Assembly (NCBI GenBank): GCA_050013255.1
Contig: JBEKFP010000001.1
Coordinates: 1,152,001 to 1,216,000 of the forward strand
Direction: 5' to 3'
From: Candidatus Bathyarchaeia archaeon
GTDB taxonomy: Archaea; Thermoproteota; Bathyarchaeia; 40CM-2-53-6
DNA: 64,000 nucleotides
In this document: one piece after another, positions 16,915 through 27,358 of the stretch
Layout of the letters: each line of letters starts with the position of its first letter
Position numbering within the stretch: the stretch's first letter is position 1
Notes under the pieces: model-generated
Told to the model about the DNA's origin: nothing
Database searches by the model: none
Seen by the model: only the letters and a program-made list of their open reading frames with translations
Translations under genes and position numbers: made by a program

Positions 16915-17751
16915 CTAAACCCGTCGGAAGCTCGCGCATATCATACCGAAGTACGTAGGAACATCGTAAGAGATCACGTCGGCTTTCATCCTAAACCTAT
17001 CAATAGCTCCCGCGAGCATAGTCATCTGCCACAGGCTATCTGCTCCAGCAGCGTCCACAAACTTCGGTCTGAACCCCATGATCGAATCAATGCGGCCTCT
17101 TTGAATTGCTTGCAAGACTAGTCTATCGTACTCCTTCGATGCTTTGTTGAAACCGTACGGTCCGGATTTCTTATGTCTATGTGCTTGGTCGGCGCTAGCG
17201 ACAAAAACAATCCTCTTCGCTGCGCGCTCACTTACCTCGCCCACGACTCTGCCAAATTGAAAGTTCTGTGAGAGTGCGATTTCGCGTGAAGGGGTCACGA
17301 TAACCACCTTCGGTTTTGGTCTGCACTCTGGGGTGATGAACAAAAGTGGAACTAGTGTTCCCCAATCCATGGGCATGTCGGAAGTGACACCGTCGAAGGT
17401 TCCATAATTCGCACCGATAACGGGGAGTTTTCTTCTCGTGGCGGCGTCGAGGAGTTTCCTCGCGAATTTCACGTCACATTTGACCTTGAGGCCAACAGAT
17501 TTCTTGTTGCGCGGCGAGGCTTGGAGTGTACCCGTAGAATTCTCGGCTGTGACTACTGCAATCTTCCGCCAAAGCTTTAGGTTGTGCGGGCTGGCAATCA
17601 CGATTGTGTCTGGTCTTGCCTTCCTAACCTCCTTTGCCAGCTCCTGCAGTCCTTGCCTCGTTTTCTGAAACTTTCGCACGGTGGATTTGCTGGCAAGTTT
17701 CGCAATTGCTTCGCTACCATGGGGTGCTATGCAGGCGTAAACCAGAGGCAT
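16915..17751 (-). CDS. class III extradiol dioxygenase/LigB-Memo family protein
   Basis: APHG, SPHN, MDWGTLVPL, ASADQAH, PTYFGM. Confidence 0.85.
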   Translation of the reverse strand: MPLVYACIAPHGSEAIAKLASKSTVRKFQKTRQGLQELAKEVRKARPDTIVIASPHNLKLWRKIAVVTAENSTGTLQASPRNKKSVGLKVKCDVKFARKLLDAATRRKLPVIGANYGTFDGVTSDMPMDWGTLVPLLFITPECRPKPKVVIVTPSREIALSQNFQFGRVVGEVSERAAKRIVFVASADQAHRHKKSGPYGFNKASKEYDRLVLQAIQRGRIDSIMGFRPKFVDAAGADSLWQMTMLAGAIDRFRMKADVISYDVPTYFGMICASFRRV

Positions 17752-17923
17752 TTGATTTCGCTCTCAAACGAAGGAGGTGTTCGTTGAAAGCATAGCGTTT
17801 TTAGCGCAAGGGCCCGTAGTACTTGACGGTTACGCCTTTCGTTGCACTCTGCCCGACTAGCTGGCGAACGGGCTAAGCGTTCGGTGGAAGTCGTGGACTG
17901 AAATTGGAGAAGGATGGAGCATC

Positions 17924-19111
17924 TTGGATCTTCAACCGCAAGTCGGGTACGTTAGCACATACCCTCCTCGCGCGTGCGGCATAGCGACTTATACTCGAGA
18001 CCTAGCGAGGGCTCTACTAATGCGTGGCCGAATTGCCCGCTATCTCATTGTTGCAATTAATGAGGAGGATGGGAACCGGTATTCGGATCCTAATGTTAAG
18101 TTCACTATTGACCAGCATGGGCGCGAAGACTACTTCGCCGCAGCAGATTTCCTGAATCAGAGCGATGTTGACGTGGTAAGTGTCCAGCACGAGTACGGCA
18201 TCTACGGAGGAGAATGGGGGGAGTATGTCCTCGATCTCTACAAGAATCTCCAAAAGCCCATCATAACGACCTTTCATACGGTCCTTCGAAACCCGCCTGA
18301 CAAGGCACGCAGAATCATGTCTGAAATCGCAGAACGGAGCGAAACTGTTATTGTAACAATTGACTCAGCTGCGAAGCTTCTCGAGAAGCGGTTTGGAATC
18401 AACGCTGAAAGAATTAGAGTGGTACGTCACGGGGCTGCCCTCCCAGAGCGCGGGCACAACGAATATGCAAAACGATTTCTTGGGCTGGAGAAACGCACGG
18501 TACTCGCGACGTTCGGTTTGATCAGCTCTGGGAAAGGCCTAGAATATGCAATCAAATCACTCCCTTACCTAGTTAAGGAAAGGCCTGAGCTGCTGTACAT
18601 GGTGATAGGCGAAACGCACCCTGAGGTGCGAAGGCATGAAGGCGAAGCTTACCGCGAGAAACTAACATCGCTTACGAAACGGCTACACCTCGAAAACAAT
18701 GTTCGATTTGTAGACCACTATTTACGCGACGACGAACTGTCCCTGTACCTTCAAGCAATGGACATTTACGTGGCACCATACCTTGGCAAGGATCAGGTTT
18801 CCAGTGGGACGATTACGCTTGCGCTTGGACATGGCAGGGCAATTATTGCAACACCATCCCTATTCGCAAAAGAGGAGCTATCAAATAATAGAGGGCTTTT
18901 CTGCAAGTTCGCCGACGGACGTTCAATCGCCGAATGCGTCGAACGAATATTGAGCGACGTTAAATTAAGGCGGCAACTAGAAACGAACGCATTCAACTAC
19001 GGTCAAGAAATGGGCTGGACAAAGGTAGCTGATCAATATGGTGACATACTCAGATCTGCAATCGGAATTCCAAGAACTATCGATGAAACTGCGGCAATCA
19101 GTGAAGCTTGA
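17924..19111 (+). CDS. GT4 family glycosyltransferase
   Basis: STYPPRACGIATY, QHEYGIYGG, FGLI-x-x-GKGLE, GETHP, QVSSG. Confidence 0.93.
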   Translation: MDLQPQVGYVSTYPPRACGIATYTRDLARALLMRGRIARYLIVAINEEDGNRYSDPNVKFTIDQHGREDYFAAADFLNQSDVDVVSVQHEYGIYGGEWGEYVLDLYKNLQKPIITTFHTVLRNPPDKARRIMSEIAERSETVIVTIDSAAKLLEKRFGINAERIRVVRHGAALPERGHNEYAKRFLGLEKRTVLATFGLISSGKGLEYAIKSLPYLVKERPELLYMVIGETHPEVRRHEGEAYREKLTSLTKRLHLENNVRFVDHYLRDDELSLYLQAMDIYVAPYLGKDQVSSGTITLALGHGRAIIATPSLFAKEELSNNRGLFCKFADGRSIAECVERILSDVKLRRQLETNAFNYGQEMGWTKVADQYGDILRSAIGIPRTIDETAAISEA

Positions 19112-20123
19112 CCACCTCTTCGCCATAACGGATCACAATGCGGTTCTGCAACACGCAAAGTTCTCCGTTCCCGCAAGAAAAGAGGGGTATACGGTCGACG
19201 ACAACGCCCGCGCCCTAGTATTCGCAGTTAAGGCAAAAGCTTACTGGCCCACTCAACCTCTTTCAGAGCTACAACGCAAACTGATCAGCTTTCTGCTTCT
19301 CATGCAAGCCGAAGACGGCAAGTTCCACAACCTCATGGATTACTCCCTAAGGTTCATCGACAATCCGACGGTTGGAGACCATCTGGGCCGGGCCATCTGG
19401 GCTGCTGGCTCAGTCATCAACTCGGATCTGCCCAATGGATTGAAGGCTCCCGCTCGAGTCATATTTGATCGAGCACTTCCTTGGGCAAGGGAGTCGTCTT
19501 CACCACGAACGATGGCCTATGCTTGCCTAGGCCTTTGCGAGCGATTCCAAGTCGACGCTAAGGACCCCAATTTAAGAGTCAACATTGCGTCGTTGGCCGA
19601 CAGCCTAGTCGACTTGTACAACGCCAACCATGGGACGGACTGGAAATGGTTCGAGAACACCATATCCTATGATAACGCGCGACTGCCCCAGGCTTTGCTC
19701 TTGGCCTATCAGTCATTAGGCGCAGATGAATACCTCAAAGTTGCCCAGGAAACGTTTCGATTCCTGCAAGAACAGACAACAATTGAAGGAAAATTCGTGC
19801 CCATCGGAAGTTGGGGCTGGTACGCTAGGGATAAGGAGAGAGCTCTCTACGATCAGCAACCCCTTGAGGCAGGAACTATGGTCGAGGCTGCAGCAATAGG
19901 CTACAAGATCACTGGCTCCGAAGTTTACGAGAGGGCTTTACGTGAAGCGCTGGGATGGTTCTTTGGTCTCAACACCAAGTCTGTCAACGTCTATGATGAG
20001 GCGACAGGAGCTTGTCATGACGGTATAACGGAGGTTGGTTTGAATGAGAATCAGGGCTCCGAGTCCACAATTTCTCTTTTGCTTGCCGCCGCAACCTTCC
20101 TGGAATGCGTTACAAAGGGATGA
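19083..20123 (+). CDS. six-hairpin-like domain protein, usually the C-terminal part of this GT4 family
   Basis: QHA...GYTVDDNARAL, W-x-WFE...YDNARLPQAL, DQQPLEA, C-x-DG...NENQGSEST. Confidence 0.85.
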   Translation: MKLRQSVKLDHLFAITDHNAVLQHAKFSVPARKEGYTVDDNARALVFAVKAKAYWPTQPLSELQRKLISFLLLMQAEDGKFHNLMDYSLRFIDNPTVGDHLGRAIWAAGSVINSDLPNGLKAPARVIFDRALPWARESSSPRTMAYACLGLCERFQVDAKDPNLRVNIASLADSLVDLYNANHGTDWKWFENTISYDNARLPQALLLAYQSLGADEYLKVAQETFRFLQEQTTIEGKFVPIGSWGWYARDKERALYDQQPLEAGTMVEAAAIGYKITGSEVYERALREALGWFFGLNTKSVNVYDEATGACHDGITEVGLNENQGSESTISLLLAAATFLECVTKG

Positions 20124-20138
20124 GCTCTTGGCTGAGGT

Positions 20139-21059
20139 TCACTTCTCTTTTTCCAGTTCGTCGAGGAATTCATCCAGCGGAGAACTCGCGACGCAACAGA
20201 CTCTGTCGGCTCCGCCATAATAGGTCAGCAATTCTCCATCCCGAACCACGGCCCCGTCTGGAAACACAACGTTCGGAACAAAACCTCTCCTTTCAAAATC
20301 TGTTTCAGGTTCAAGGATTGGTGACCTAGTACGGGCAATCACTTTCTTCGGGTCATCTAAATCAAGCAACAGTGCCCCGGCACGGTAGATACGGTCGAGG
20401 CTGACGCCGTGGTAAAGCACCAGCCATCCGCGTTCAGTTTTGATCGGCGGCGAGCCAATTCCGACCTTTCTTTTCTCCCATGGAAACTTCGCTCTCAGGA
20501 TCTCATAGTCTCCGAAATGCGGCAAGTACTTGCTCCAGAAGCTCCGCGACGTCGCAAGCGATTCGATGCTGTCAAAGTAGGCAATCTGAACCTTTGACTC
20601 AAGCCGGTGAAGAATAGCCACTTTTCCGTGAATCCGCTCCGGAAAAATTACGCAGTCCTTGTCATCGCGGTCGGGCCCAACCAAACCGTACTTTTCGAAA
20701 TGCAAAAAGTCTTTCGTCGAAGCAAGGGCTATGCGTGGACCTTGGTGGGAGAAAGCAGTGTAGGTGACGTAGAAGGTTCCGTCGAAACGTGTTATGCGTG
20801 GGTCCTCGCATCCGAACTCCTCCCAATCGCCGGAAGAAGTCAGTACCGGTTCCGAGGAGCGCGATTCGATTGTTCTTCCGTCCAGCGTTCGCGCATATCC
20901 CAACCGGGAAGCTCCATGAGCGTCCACGGCTCGGTAGAGGAGGTGAATGGACCCACCTTCGGCAATTGCCCCAGGGTTGAAAGTTCCAATCGTCTCCCAC
21001 CCCATGTTGCTTCTCGGGGCGATGATGGGATTCTTCTCATATTTCGTAAGTCTTCGCAT
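20139..21059 (-). CDS. GH130-family glycosidase/mannoside phosphorylase
   Basis: FNPGA, LYRA, GCEDPRIT, KD-x-x-IFP, LHR, YHGV, G-x-VPNVVFP, YYGGAD. Confidence 0.93.
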   Translation of the reverse strand: MRRLTKYEKNPIIAPRSNMGWETIGTFNPGAIAEGGSIHLLYRAVDAHGASRLGYARTLDGRTIESRSSEPVLTSSGDWEEFGCEDPRITRFDGTFYVTYTAFSHQGPRIALASTKDFLHFEKYGLVGPDRDDKDCVIFPERIHGKVAILHRLESKVQIAYFDSIESLATSRSFWSKYLPHFGDYEILRAKFPWEKRKVGIGSPPIKTERGWLVLYHGVSLDRIYRAGALLLDLDDPKKVIARTRSPILEPETDFERRGFVPNVVFPDGAVVRDGELLTYYGGADRVCCVASSPLDEFLDELEKEK

Positions 21060-21155
21060 TCACTATTACCTGTACTGTGAGTGTCATGATGGAAGGGGTG
21101 GGTTTCTTCATGCCTAAGAACTAGTATTTGTGTTTGAGGTGGCAGACGGAACTAT

Positions 21156-21644
21156 TCAATTTCGAATCTGTTCTATTTCGTTTCCAACTAACTCAGCTAA
21201 TTCAAAGGCGGCTCTCTGTACAGGAGGGCTAAGGGCCTCGCGGAAAATAAATTCCGGGGTGATGTCGATTGTGAAGATTCTAATCGTATGTGGAACCGCA
21301 CTGTTTTCAAATCTCTTGAAGAGCTCCAAGGCTGTGGCAAAATTCGTGGAATGTGGTGACGATGCGTATTCTGTGCCTTTGAAATGCTCTGGCGATAATT
21401 CACAGATCTTGCCAACCGTCCCGGTTGAAGCAACCGAGTCTATAATGAAAACGCGTTCATAGCCCAATATCTCTTCAACCAGTCCAAGGCCGCCGAGGCT
21501 CAATTCCTTGAACTCCAAATCGGCTCGTCCGCGATTCCTATCCTTTAGCATTCTCACTACATGAATTCCTACTGCGTCGTCACCCATTATGGGATTACCG
21601 AGGCCTACAAGCAAAATGGTCGTATGGCTCAGCCCCGGTCTCAT
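21156..21644 (-). CDS. hydrogenase maturation protease
   Basis: GLGNPIMGDDAVG, IIDS, SPH. Confidence 0.95.
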   Translation of the reverse strand: MRPGLSHTTILLVGLGNPIMGDDAVGIHVVRMLKDRNRGRADLEFKELSLGGLGLVEEILGYERVFIIDSVASTGTVGKICELSPEHFKGTEYASSPHSTNFATALELFKRFENSAVPHTIRIFTIDITPEFIFREALSPPVQRAAFELAELVGNEIEQIRN

Positions 21645-21652
21645 GAACGATT

Positions 21653-23113
21653 CTACGGTCTCCGTATGTTATGAAGGATCGCCCTGTTTCTGTTGTAGAT
21701 TTTGATGTCGAGGGGCATCTGGCCTGGTAGGGTGTGGGTTGCGCAGGCGTAGCATGGGTCGTAAGCCCTGAAGGCCATCTCGACCATGTTCAGAATCCCG
21801 TCGGATACTTCCCCTTTCTTGATGAACCCCTCAGCGGCTTGCTTAATCGACATGCTGATTGCCGCATGGTTGTTAGTCGTTGCCACGATGAGGTTCACGT
21901 TCGTCACCATGCCTTTCGCATCCGTCTTGTAGTGGTGGAAGAGTGTTCCGCGGGGCGCTTCGACCGCTCCCACACCTTCGTCTGGTGTTTGAGTCGGGAT
22001 GTTTCGAACGTTCGGGTTTGTGATGTCGGGGTCTTGGCTAAGTTGTACCAGGCGCTCTGAAGCGTATACAAGTTCGACTAGGCGCGCCCAATGCGTAGCC
22101 AAAGTTGAGTGAACTGGCTTCTGGCCTAATGTCTCGTACAATCTCTTGTATTCTGCTTGTGCTGTTGGGGTAGCCATCCCTTCTGATACGTTGAGGCGGG
22201 CGAGTGGGGTCGCTTTGTATACGCCACTATCCTTGCCTCCTACCAGCCCTTTCCATCCGATCTTCTTGAGGTAGGGGAATTTGAGGTAGGTCCACGGTTC
22301 CACATGCTCCGAGATGTATTGCTGGTAGTCGGCTGCTGGAAACTTTGCAAACTCGTGGCCTTCCGGGTCCACAACCCTGATCTTTCCGTCGTAGAAGTTG
22401 ACGTGGCTCTGTTCGTCGACCGTACCCATGCAATATGTTTCTGTTGCGTAATTGTCGCTTGTTATGAGGTTGACGTAATCCTTGTTTTTCAGAACTATGT
22501 CGTCGAACAGTTTCATTGTGAACTTTGCAAATTCAACTTCGGATTTTGCGATCGATTCGATTCTGGCTCTCTCGTCTTCCGTAATGGGTTTGCTGACCCC
22601 GCCGGGGACGCCGCAGCTTGGGTGGATCCTCTTTCCACCTATCATCGCAATGACGTCGAGTGCATCCGAGCGGTGTTTGATGACTGAGCTGCCGACTTCT
22701 AACCCGACTTTCCCTATTACGCCGAGAATATTTCGCTCTGCTTTCGGCGCACTTGGTCCCATCACGAAGTCGGGGCCGGCGAGTATGTAGAAGTGGGTTA
22801 TGTGGTCGGCTATGAAGAAGGCGCTGTATAGGAGTTCTCTGAGTTTCTTCGCGGCTGGGGGTGGTTCTACATGGAACACTTGGTCTAGGGCTTTGGTGGA
22901 GGCTATGTGGTGTGCTTCTGGGCAGACGCCGCAAATTCTGCTGGTTATGTCGGGCATTTCTTCGACAGGCCTACCCTCGCAGAACTTCTCGAAACCCCTG
23001 AGTTCAGGGACTTGGAAGTAGGCGTTCTCGACATTCCCCTCATCGTTAAGGAAGATTGAGATCTTCCCGTGTCCCTCAAGCCTTGTAACAGGGTTGATTG
23101 TGACGGTTTTCAT
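21653..23113 (-). CDS. mvhA: [NiFe]-hydrogenase large subunit, group 3c
   Basis: RLEGHG, RGFEKF, RICGVC, EAPRG, DPCYACATH plus a cleavable tail. Confidence 0.95.
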   Translation of the reverse strand: MKTVTINPVTRLEGHGKISIFLNDEGNVENAYFQVPELRGFEKFCEGRPVEEMPDITSRICGVCPEAHHIASTKALDQVFHVEPPPAAKKLRELLYSAFFIADHITHFYILAGPDFVMGPSAPKAERNILGVIGKVGLEVGSSVIKHRSDALDVIAMIGGKRIHPSCGVPGGVSKPITEDERARIESIAKSEVEFAKFTMKLFDDIVLKNKDYVNLITSDNYATETYCMGTVDEQSHVNFYDGKIRVVDPEGHEFAKFPAADYQQYISEHVEPWTYLKFPYLKKIGWKGLVGGKDSGVYKATPLARLNVSEGMATPTAQAEYKRLYETLGQKPVHSTLATHWARLVELVYASERLVQLSQDPDITNPNVRNIPTQTPDEGVGAVEAPRGTLFHHYKTDAKGMVTNVNLIVATTNNHAAISMSIKQAAEGFIKKGEVSDGILNMVEMAFRAYDPCYACATHTLPGQMPLDIKIYNRNRAILHNIRRP

Positions 23114-24066
23114 GGCTTGGTCCTCCTTAGCAGAGAGCGAGCCAGGCTAAACCTGTAGAATGTGCCGAGCGGATCAGGCACTGAGTCCGCGAGCTTCTGA
23201 ATGTCTTCTTCGCTCTGCGCATCGAAGATTGATGATAAGGCCGAAAGCATCTTTCCGCCCTGGTCAATGGCTTTAGGCAGTGGCCCGTAGCAGCCGCGGC
23301 AAGGCGCGTTTGCGTCTAGGCATATGCTCCCACAACCTCCCCGGGTAGCTGGTCCCATGCAGATTATGCCTTGTTCAAGCAGGCATTTCTGCGAGTCAGG
23401 GATCGTTTCGTAGGTTCTAACAATCTTAGTGATCTTCCTTTCCGTCCTGGTGCGCTTGCACTCGTGGCACAGTGATTTGTCGGAGGCTCCTAGAACAGCT
23501 CCCTTCGGCGGCAGTGGGCCATCGACGAATAGGCTGATCACCTTGGAGACTTGTTCCCCAACTGGGGGACATCCGGGTACATAGTAATCGACGTCCACGA
23601 CTTGGTCGAGAGTTTTGACGGTGTTGTAGAGTTCGGGTATGGTTAGTTCTCCTTCCCTTACTTGCACCTTGGTTTGCGGGAAGGTTTTTTCGGGATTATC
23701 TGTCGTGGGCGTTTCCATGTAGGAGCTTGCGAAGATCCCGTCGCGGTCGGTTGTGTTCGCTAGGCTTGGTATGCCGCCTAAGTAGGCGCAGGTTCCGAAG
23801 GCTACAAGTAGTTTGGATTTGGCTCGCAGTAGTTTAGCTATGTGTTCGTTTTCGGAGTTTTGTATTGCGCCATTCATGAATGTGACATTTATGCTGCCGT
23901 CCGGCATCGCCTCAAGGTCTGAGTACTTGTAATCCAAGGCGGCGGGCCAAAAGACTATGTCAACCTTGTTGGCCAGGTCAACTAGTTTAGTTCCAAGTTC
24001 AAGTATAGCTATCTCGCAACCGCCGCAACTGCTTGCCCAGTTGAAAGCTATCTTAGGGTTCGTCAT
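23110..24066 (-). CDS. mvhG: [NiFe]-hydrogenase small subunit
   Basis: SCGGC, GTCA, PGCPP, C-x-GPATRGGC, PCRGCYG. Start at MTNPK. Confidence 0.94.
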   Translation of the reverse strand: MTNPKIAFNWASSCGGCEIAILELGTKLVDLANKVDIVFWPAALDYKYSDLEAMPDGSINVTFMNGAIQNSENEHIAKLLRAKSKLLVAFGTCAYLGGIPSLANTTDRDGIFASSYMETPTTDNPEKTFPQTKVQVREGELTIPELYNTVKTLDQVVDVDYYVPGCPPVGEQVSKVISLFVDGPLPPKGAVLGASDKSLCHECKRTRTERKITKIVRTYETIPDSQKCLLEQGIICMGPATRGGCGSICLDANAPCRGCYGPLPKAIDQGGKMLSALSSIFDAQSEEDIQKLADSVPDPLGTFYRFSLARSLLRRTKP

Positions 24067-24503
24067 GCCAATACCTCCACTCTCTTCTTCCAATTCAAAG
24101 GCCCCAGTGATCGTATATCCTCCGTCATTCCTCTAACGACCCGTGCGTACCTTTCGCCCTCCGAAGCGGAGACCCACTCTAACCTGACACGTTCTCGTTC
24201 TATTCCGAATTGGTCCAGCAGCCTCTGCAGGAGCTTGAATCTTCGAAGAGTCTTGATGTTCCCGCTTGTGTAGTGGCAATCGCCTGGGTGGCAGCCAGCG
24301 ATGAGTACTCCGTCTGCTCCTGATGCGAGAGCCTTTATGACAAGGGTGGGGTCGACGCGGCCTGAGCAGTTCACTCGTATTGGGTTGATGTTTGGTGGGT
24401 ACTTGATCCTGCTAGTTCCAGCCAAGTCGGCTCCGGCGTACGAGCACCATCTACATAGGAACCCAACAATTTTCGGTTCAAATCGTTCTTCCAATTGATT
24501 CAT
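24063..24503 (-). CDS. mvhD: hydrogenase [2Fe-2S] subunit
   Basis: FLCRWCSYAGADLAG, CSGRVD, GCHPGDCHY, WVSASEG. Confidence 0.96.
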   Translation of the reverse strand: MNQLEERFEPKIVGFLCRWCSYAGADLAGTSRIKYPPNINPIRVNCSGRVDPTLVIKALASGADGVLIAGCHPGDCHYTSGNIKTLRRFKLLQRLLDQFGIERERVRLEWVSASEGERYARVVRGMTEDIRSLGPLNWKKRVEVLA

Positions 24504-24508
24504 CTCTA

Positions 24509-26464
24509 TTATTCGACTATGGCCTCAATCATAGCGACCATCTGTTCGTCTGTGAGATTTCGGAGAGTTAGGGCACCTGACGGGCAGGAGGCTATGCAGG
24601 TCCCGCATCCTTCGCAGAGGGCCTCCGACACTTCCGCAAGTTTCTCAGCGTTCAGGCTAAGCGCGTCATACGGACATAGGGGGACGCAGATGCTGCATCC
24701 GCTGCACAATTCGCCGACAACATGGGCAATTGTTGGTTCGCGTTCGAGCGTTGGGCTTGATAGGAGGCCCAGGGCCTTGCCAGCAGCGCCGCTCGCCTGT
24801 GCTACAGTTTCCGGGATATCTTTGGGTGATTGTCCCGCTCCGGCTAGGAAGATCCCCGCCGTCGGGCTTTCGAGTGGTCGAAGCTTGGGGTGTGCCTCCG
24901 AGAAGAAGCCGTTCGCGTCCAGTGAAGCCTTGAGTTTGCTCGCCAGCTCGTGGGATTCTGAGCTTGGGACCATCCCGACCGCGAGTACTACTAAGTCGGC
25001 GTTGATTTGAACGGTTTTTCCACTGAGCGTATCAACGCCCTTAACGATGAGCTTTCCATTTTCTTCATAGACTTTGGCAACTCGGCCGCGGAGGTAAAGG
25101 AGGCCTTTCTCTTCTTGGCAACGTTTTACGAATTCCTCATATCCCTTCCCGCCAGCTCGGATGTCCATGTAGAACACGTACGCCTGGCCTTCTGGCACTT
25201 TGTGCCTGAACATCATCGCATGTCGAGCCGTATACATGCAGCATATTTTCGAACAGTAGGGTAGCGCCGTCTCAGGTTCGCGTTGTCCCGCGCATTGAAT
25301 GAAGACAATTTCTTTTGGCGTCTGACCATCTGATGGGCGTTTAATTTCGCCTGTTGTTGGTCCTGACGCTGAGAGCATGCGCTCAAATTCCATGCTGGTC
25401 ATTACGTCGGGGAAAGTGCCGTAGCCGTACTCGGTCAGTTTTGCGGCATCGTATAACTCGTATCCCGTGGAGACGATGATTGCCCCTACTTCGAGCTCAT
25501 GGATTCTTGGCCACGCATCAAGGTCTATGCAGCTTGTGCCGAATTTGTCGCATGCTTTCTTGCATTCCCCACAGGCTTGGGGCAACAGGCCTAAGCAGTT
25601 TTTCGCGTCGAGAACGTAAGCGGGCGGCACCGCTTGGGCGAATGGGGTGTAAATTGCTTTTCTCCAGGTCAAACCGAAGTCGAATTCGTTGGGAACTTGA
25701 GCGGGGCAGGCTTTCGCGCATTCCCCGCAAGCGTTACACTTGGCTTCATCAACGTACGCTGGTTCCTGTCGCACCTTGACCTTGAAGTTGCCAATGTAGC
25801 CTTTCACCTCTTCGACTTTAGAAAGCCTAAGGAGTTTGATGTTCGGGTGCCTGAACACCTCCACCATCAGGGGCCCGAGGATGCATGTTGAACAGTCGAG
25901 CGTGGGGAAGGTTTCGGAGAGTTGTGCCATTCTTCCCCCTATCGTTCCTGACTTTTCGACTAAGTAAACTTGGTAACCGCCATTCGCCACGTCAAGCGCA
26001 GCACGAATGCCTGCAATCCCTCCTCCGATGACGAGAACCTTCCGAGTCACTGGAACAGTGACGGGTTGCAGTGGTTCGTTGAGCCTAACCTTCTCTATGC
26101 CCTGGTGCACCGTAATGTGGGCTTTCGCCGTGGCCTTTCCAGGATCGTCGTGAACCCAGCTGCTCTGTTCTCGAATGTTCGCGATTTCGCAGTTGTATCG
26201 GTTCAGGCCTGACAGCTGCGCTATGGTCTTGAAGGTGGCCTCGTGCATCGCTGGCGAACAGGCGGCGACGACAATGGCGTCCAGATTGTGTTGCCTTATG
26301 CTGTCCTTGATCAATGTCTGGCCAGGTTCAGAGCAGAGGTACTTGTGGTCAACAGCGAACACTACGTCTTGCTGCTTGCCGGCTTTCTCAACAACTTCCT
26401 TAATGTTGACATTCCCTGCGATGTTCAAGCCGCAGTGGCAAACGAACACACCAACTCGTTTCAC
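24509..26464 (-). CDS. hdrA: heterodisulfide reductase subunit A
   Basis: GVFVCHCG, ACSP, NIRE, GGGIAG, TFPTLDC, CSKICC, HPKLRP, GPKDIP-like motif and ferredoxin motifs. Confidence 0.96.
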   Translation of the reverse strand: MKRVGVFVCHCGLNIAGNVNIKEVVEKAGKQQDVVFAVDHKYLCSEPGQTLIKDSIRQHNLDAIVVAACSPAMHEATFKTIAQLSGLNRYNCEIANIREQSSWVHDDPGKATAKAHITVHQGIEKVRLNEPLQPVTVPVTRKVLVIGGGIAGIRAALDVANGGYQVYLVEKSGTIGGRMAQLSETFPTLDCSTCILGPLMVEVFRHPNIKLLRLSKVEEVKGYIGNFKVKVRQEPAYVDEAKCNACGECAKACPAQVPNEFDFGLTWRKAIYTPFAQAVPPAYVLDAKNCLGLLPQACGECKKACDKFGTSCIDLDAWPRIHELEVGAIIVSTGYELYDAAKLTEYGYGTFPDVMTSMEFERMLSASGPTTGEIKRPSDGQTPKEIVFIQCAGQREPETALPYCSKICCMYTARHAMMFRHKVPEGQAYVFYMDIRAGGKGYEEFVKRCQEEKGLLYLRGRVAKVYEENGKLIVKGVDTLSGKTVQINADLVVLAVGMVPSSESHELASKLKASLDANGFFSEAHPKLRPLESPTAGIFLAGAGQSPKDIPETVAQASGAAGKALGLLSSPTLEREPTIAHVVGELCSGCSICVPLCPYDALSLNAEKLAEVSEALCEGCGTCIASCPSGALTLRNLTDEQMVAMIEAIVE

Positions 26465-27351
26465 TTCTTACCTCCTCCTATCAACATCGGTGTTGTTGCC
26501 TCGCGTACTGCTTGCATCTGGCGTTGGTCAAGTTCCAGTTCCTCAGGCTGAAGGCCCAAGGCCAGTCCCAGAAGTTGGGTGAAGTAGACGATTGGAAGGA
26601 AGTCGTCGGGAGTAGAGCCACTGCTGTCTTGAAGTTGGCTGGATTCTAGGTTGTACTTGCAGAGTGGGCAGCTAACAGTTAGCAGCCTAGCTCCGCACGA
26701 ACGGGCGGAGCGGATGATGGCCCCCGAGATTGGTTGAACATTTCCCGGCGAGCTGACGCTCAGGTACGAACCGCAACAATCAGTTCTGGCAGGGTAGTCG
26801 ATTGGCGTGCATCCCAATCTGGTTAGGAGGTTCTCCAGAATTGAAGGTCTGTTCGGGTCATCAAACTTCATCTCCCCAGCTGGACGGAGGAGCAGACAGC
26901 CGTAGTAGGCTCCTACGTGTAGTCCTTTGAAAGGAACCTTAACCGCTCTCTCAACAGCGTCGAAACCAATACGGTCCCTTAGAATTTCCAGAAAATGTAT
27001 GACGTCCACTCCGCCATTGAAAGTTTCTTCGTTGAATGTGTTAATCGTTTGTTGAGAGGGGGAGGCAAGCTTGGCATGTAGGTCTGTTCTCTTGAGAACA
27101 TTGTAGCAACCGGCGCATAACGTTACGAGGGTGTGGTCTTCCTGTGTCGCTCGGGCAAGGATCCGGTTCGGTCCGGCTTTTGTTATGAGGTTATCATCCA
27201 CGTTCGACAAAACCGCGCCGCAACAAAGCTGGCCCTGCATTTCTTTCAATTCGAAACCGAGAGCGTGTGCACAGGCTTTAGCGGATCGGTCGAAATCCTT
27301 CGCTACAGTTCGGAGTGAGCACCCGGGGAAGTAGAGGTAAGACTGCATCAT
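26461..27351 (-). CDS. hdrB: heterodisulfide reductase subunit B
   Basis: YFPGC, two CCG motifs, YYGCLLLRP, CPLC, YFTQLLGLA. Confidence 0.93.
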   Translation of the reverse strand: MMQSYLYFPGCSLRTVAKDFDRSAKACAHALGFELKEMQGQLCCGAVLSNVDDNLITKAGPNRILARATQEDHTLVTLCAGCYNVLKRTDLHAKLASPSQQTINTFNEETFNGGVDVIHFLEILRDRIGFDAVERAVKVPFKGLHVGAYYGCLLLRPAGEMKFDDPNRPSILENLLTRLGCTPIDYPARTDCCGSYLSVSSPGNVQPISGAIIRSARSCGARLLTVSCPLCKYNLESSQLQDSSGSTPDDFLPIVYFTQLLGLALGLQPEELELDQRQMQAVREATTPMLIGGGKK

Positions 27352-27358
27352 TTCTACC

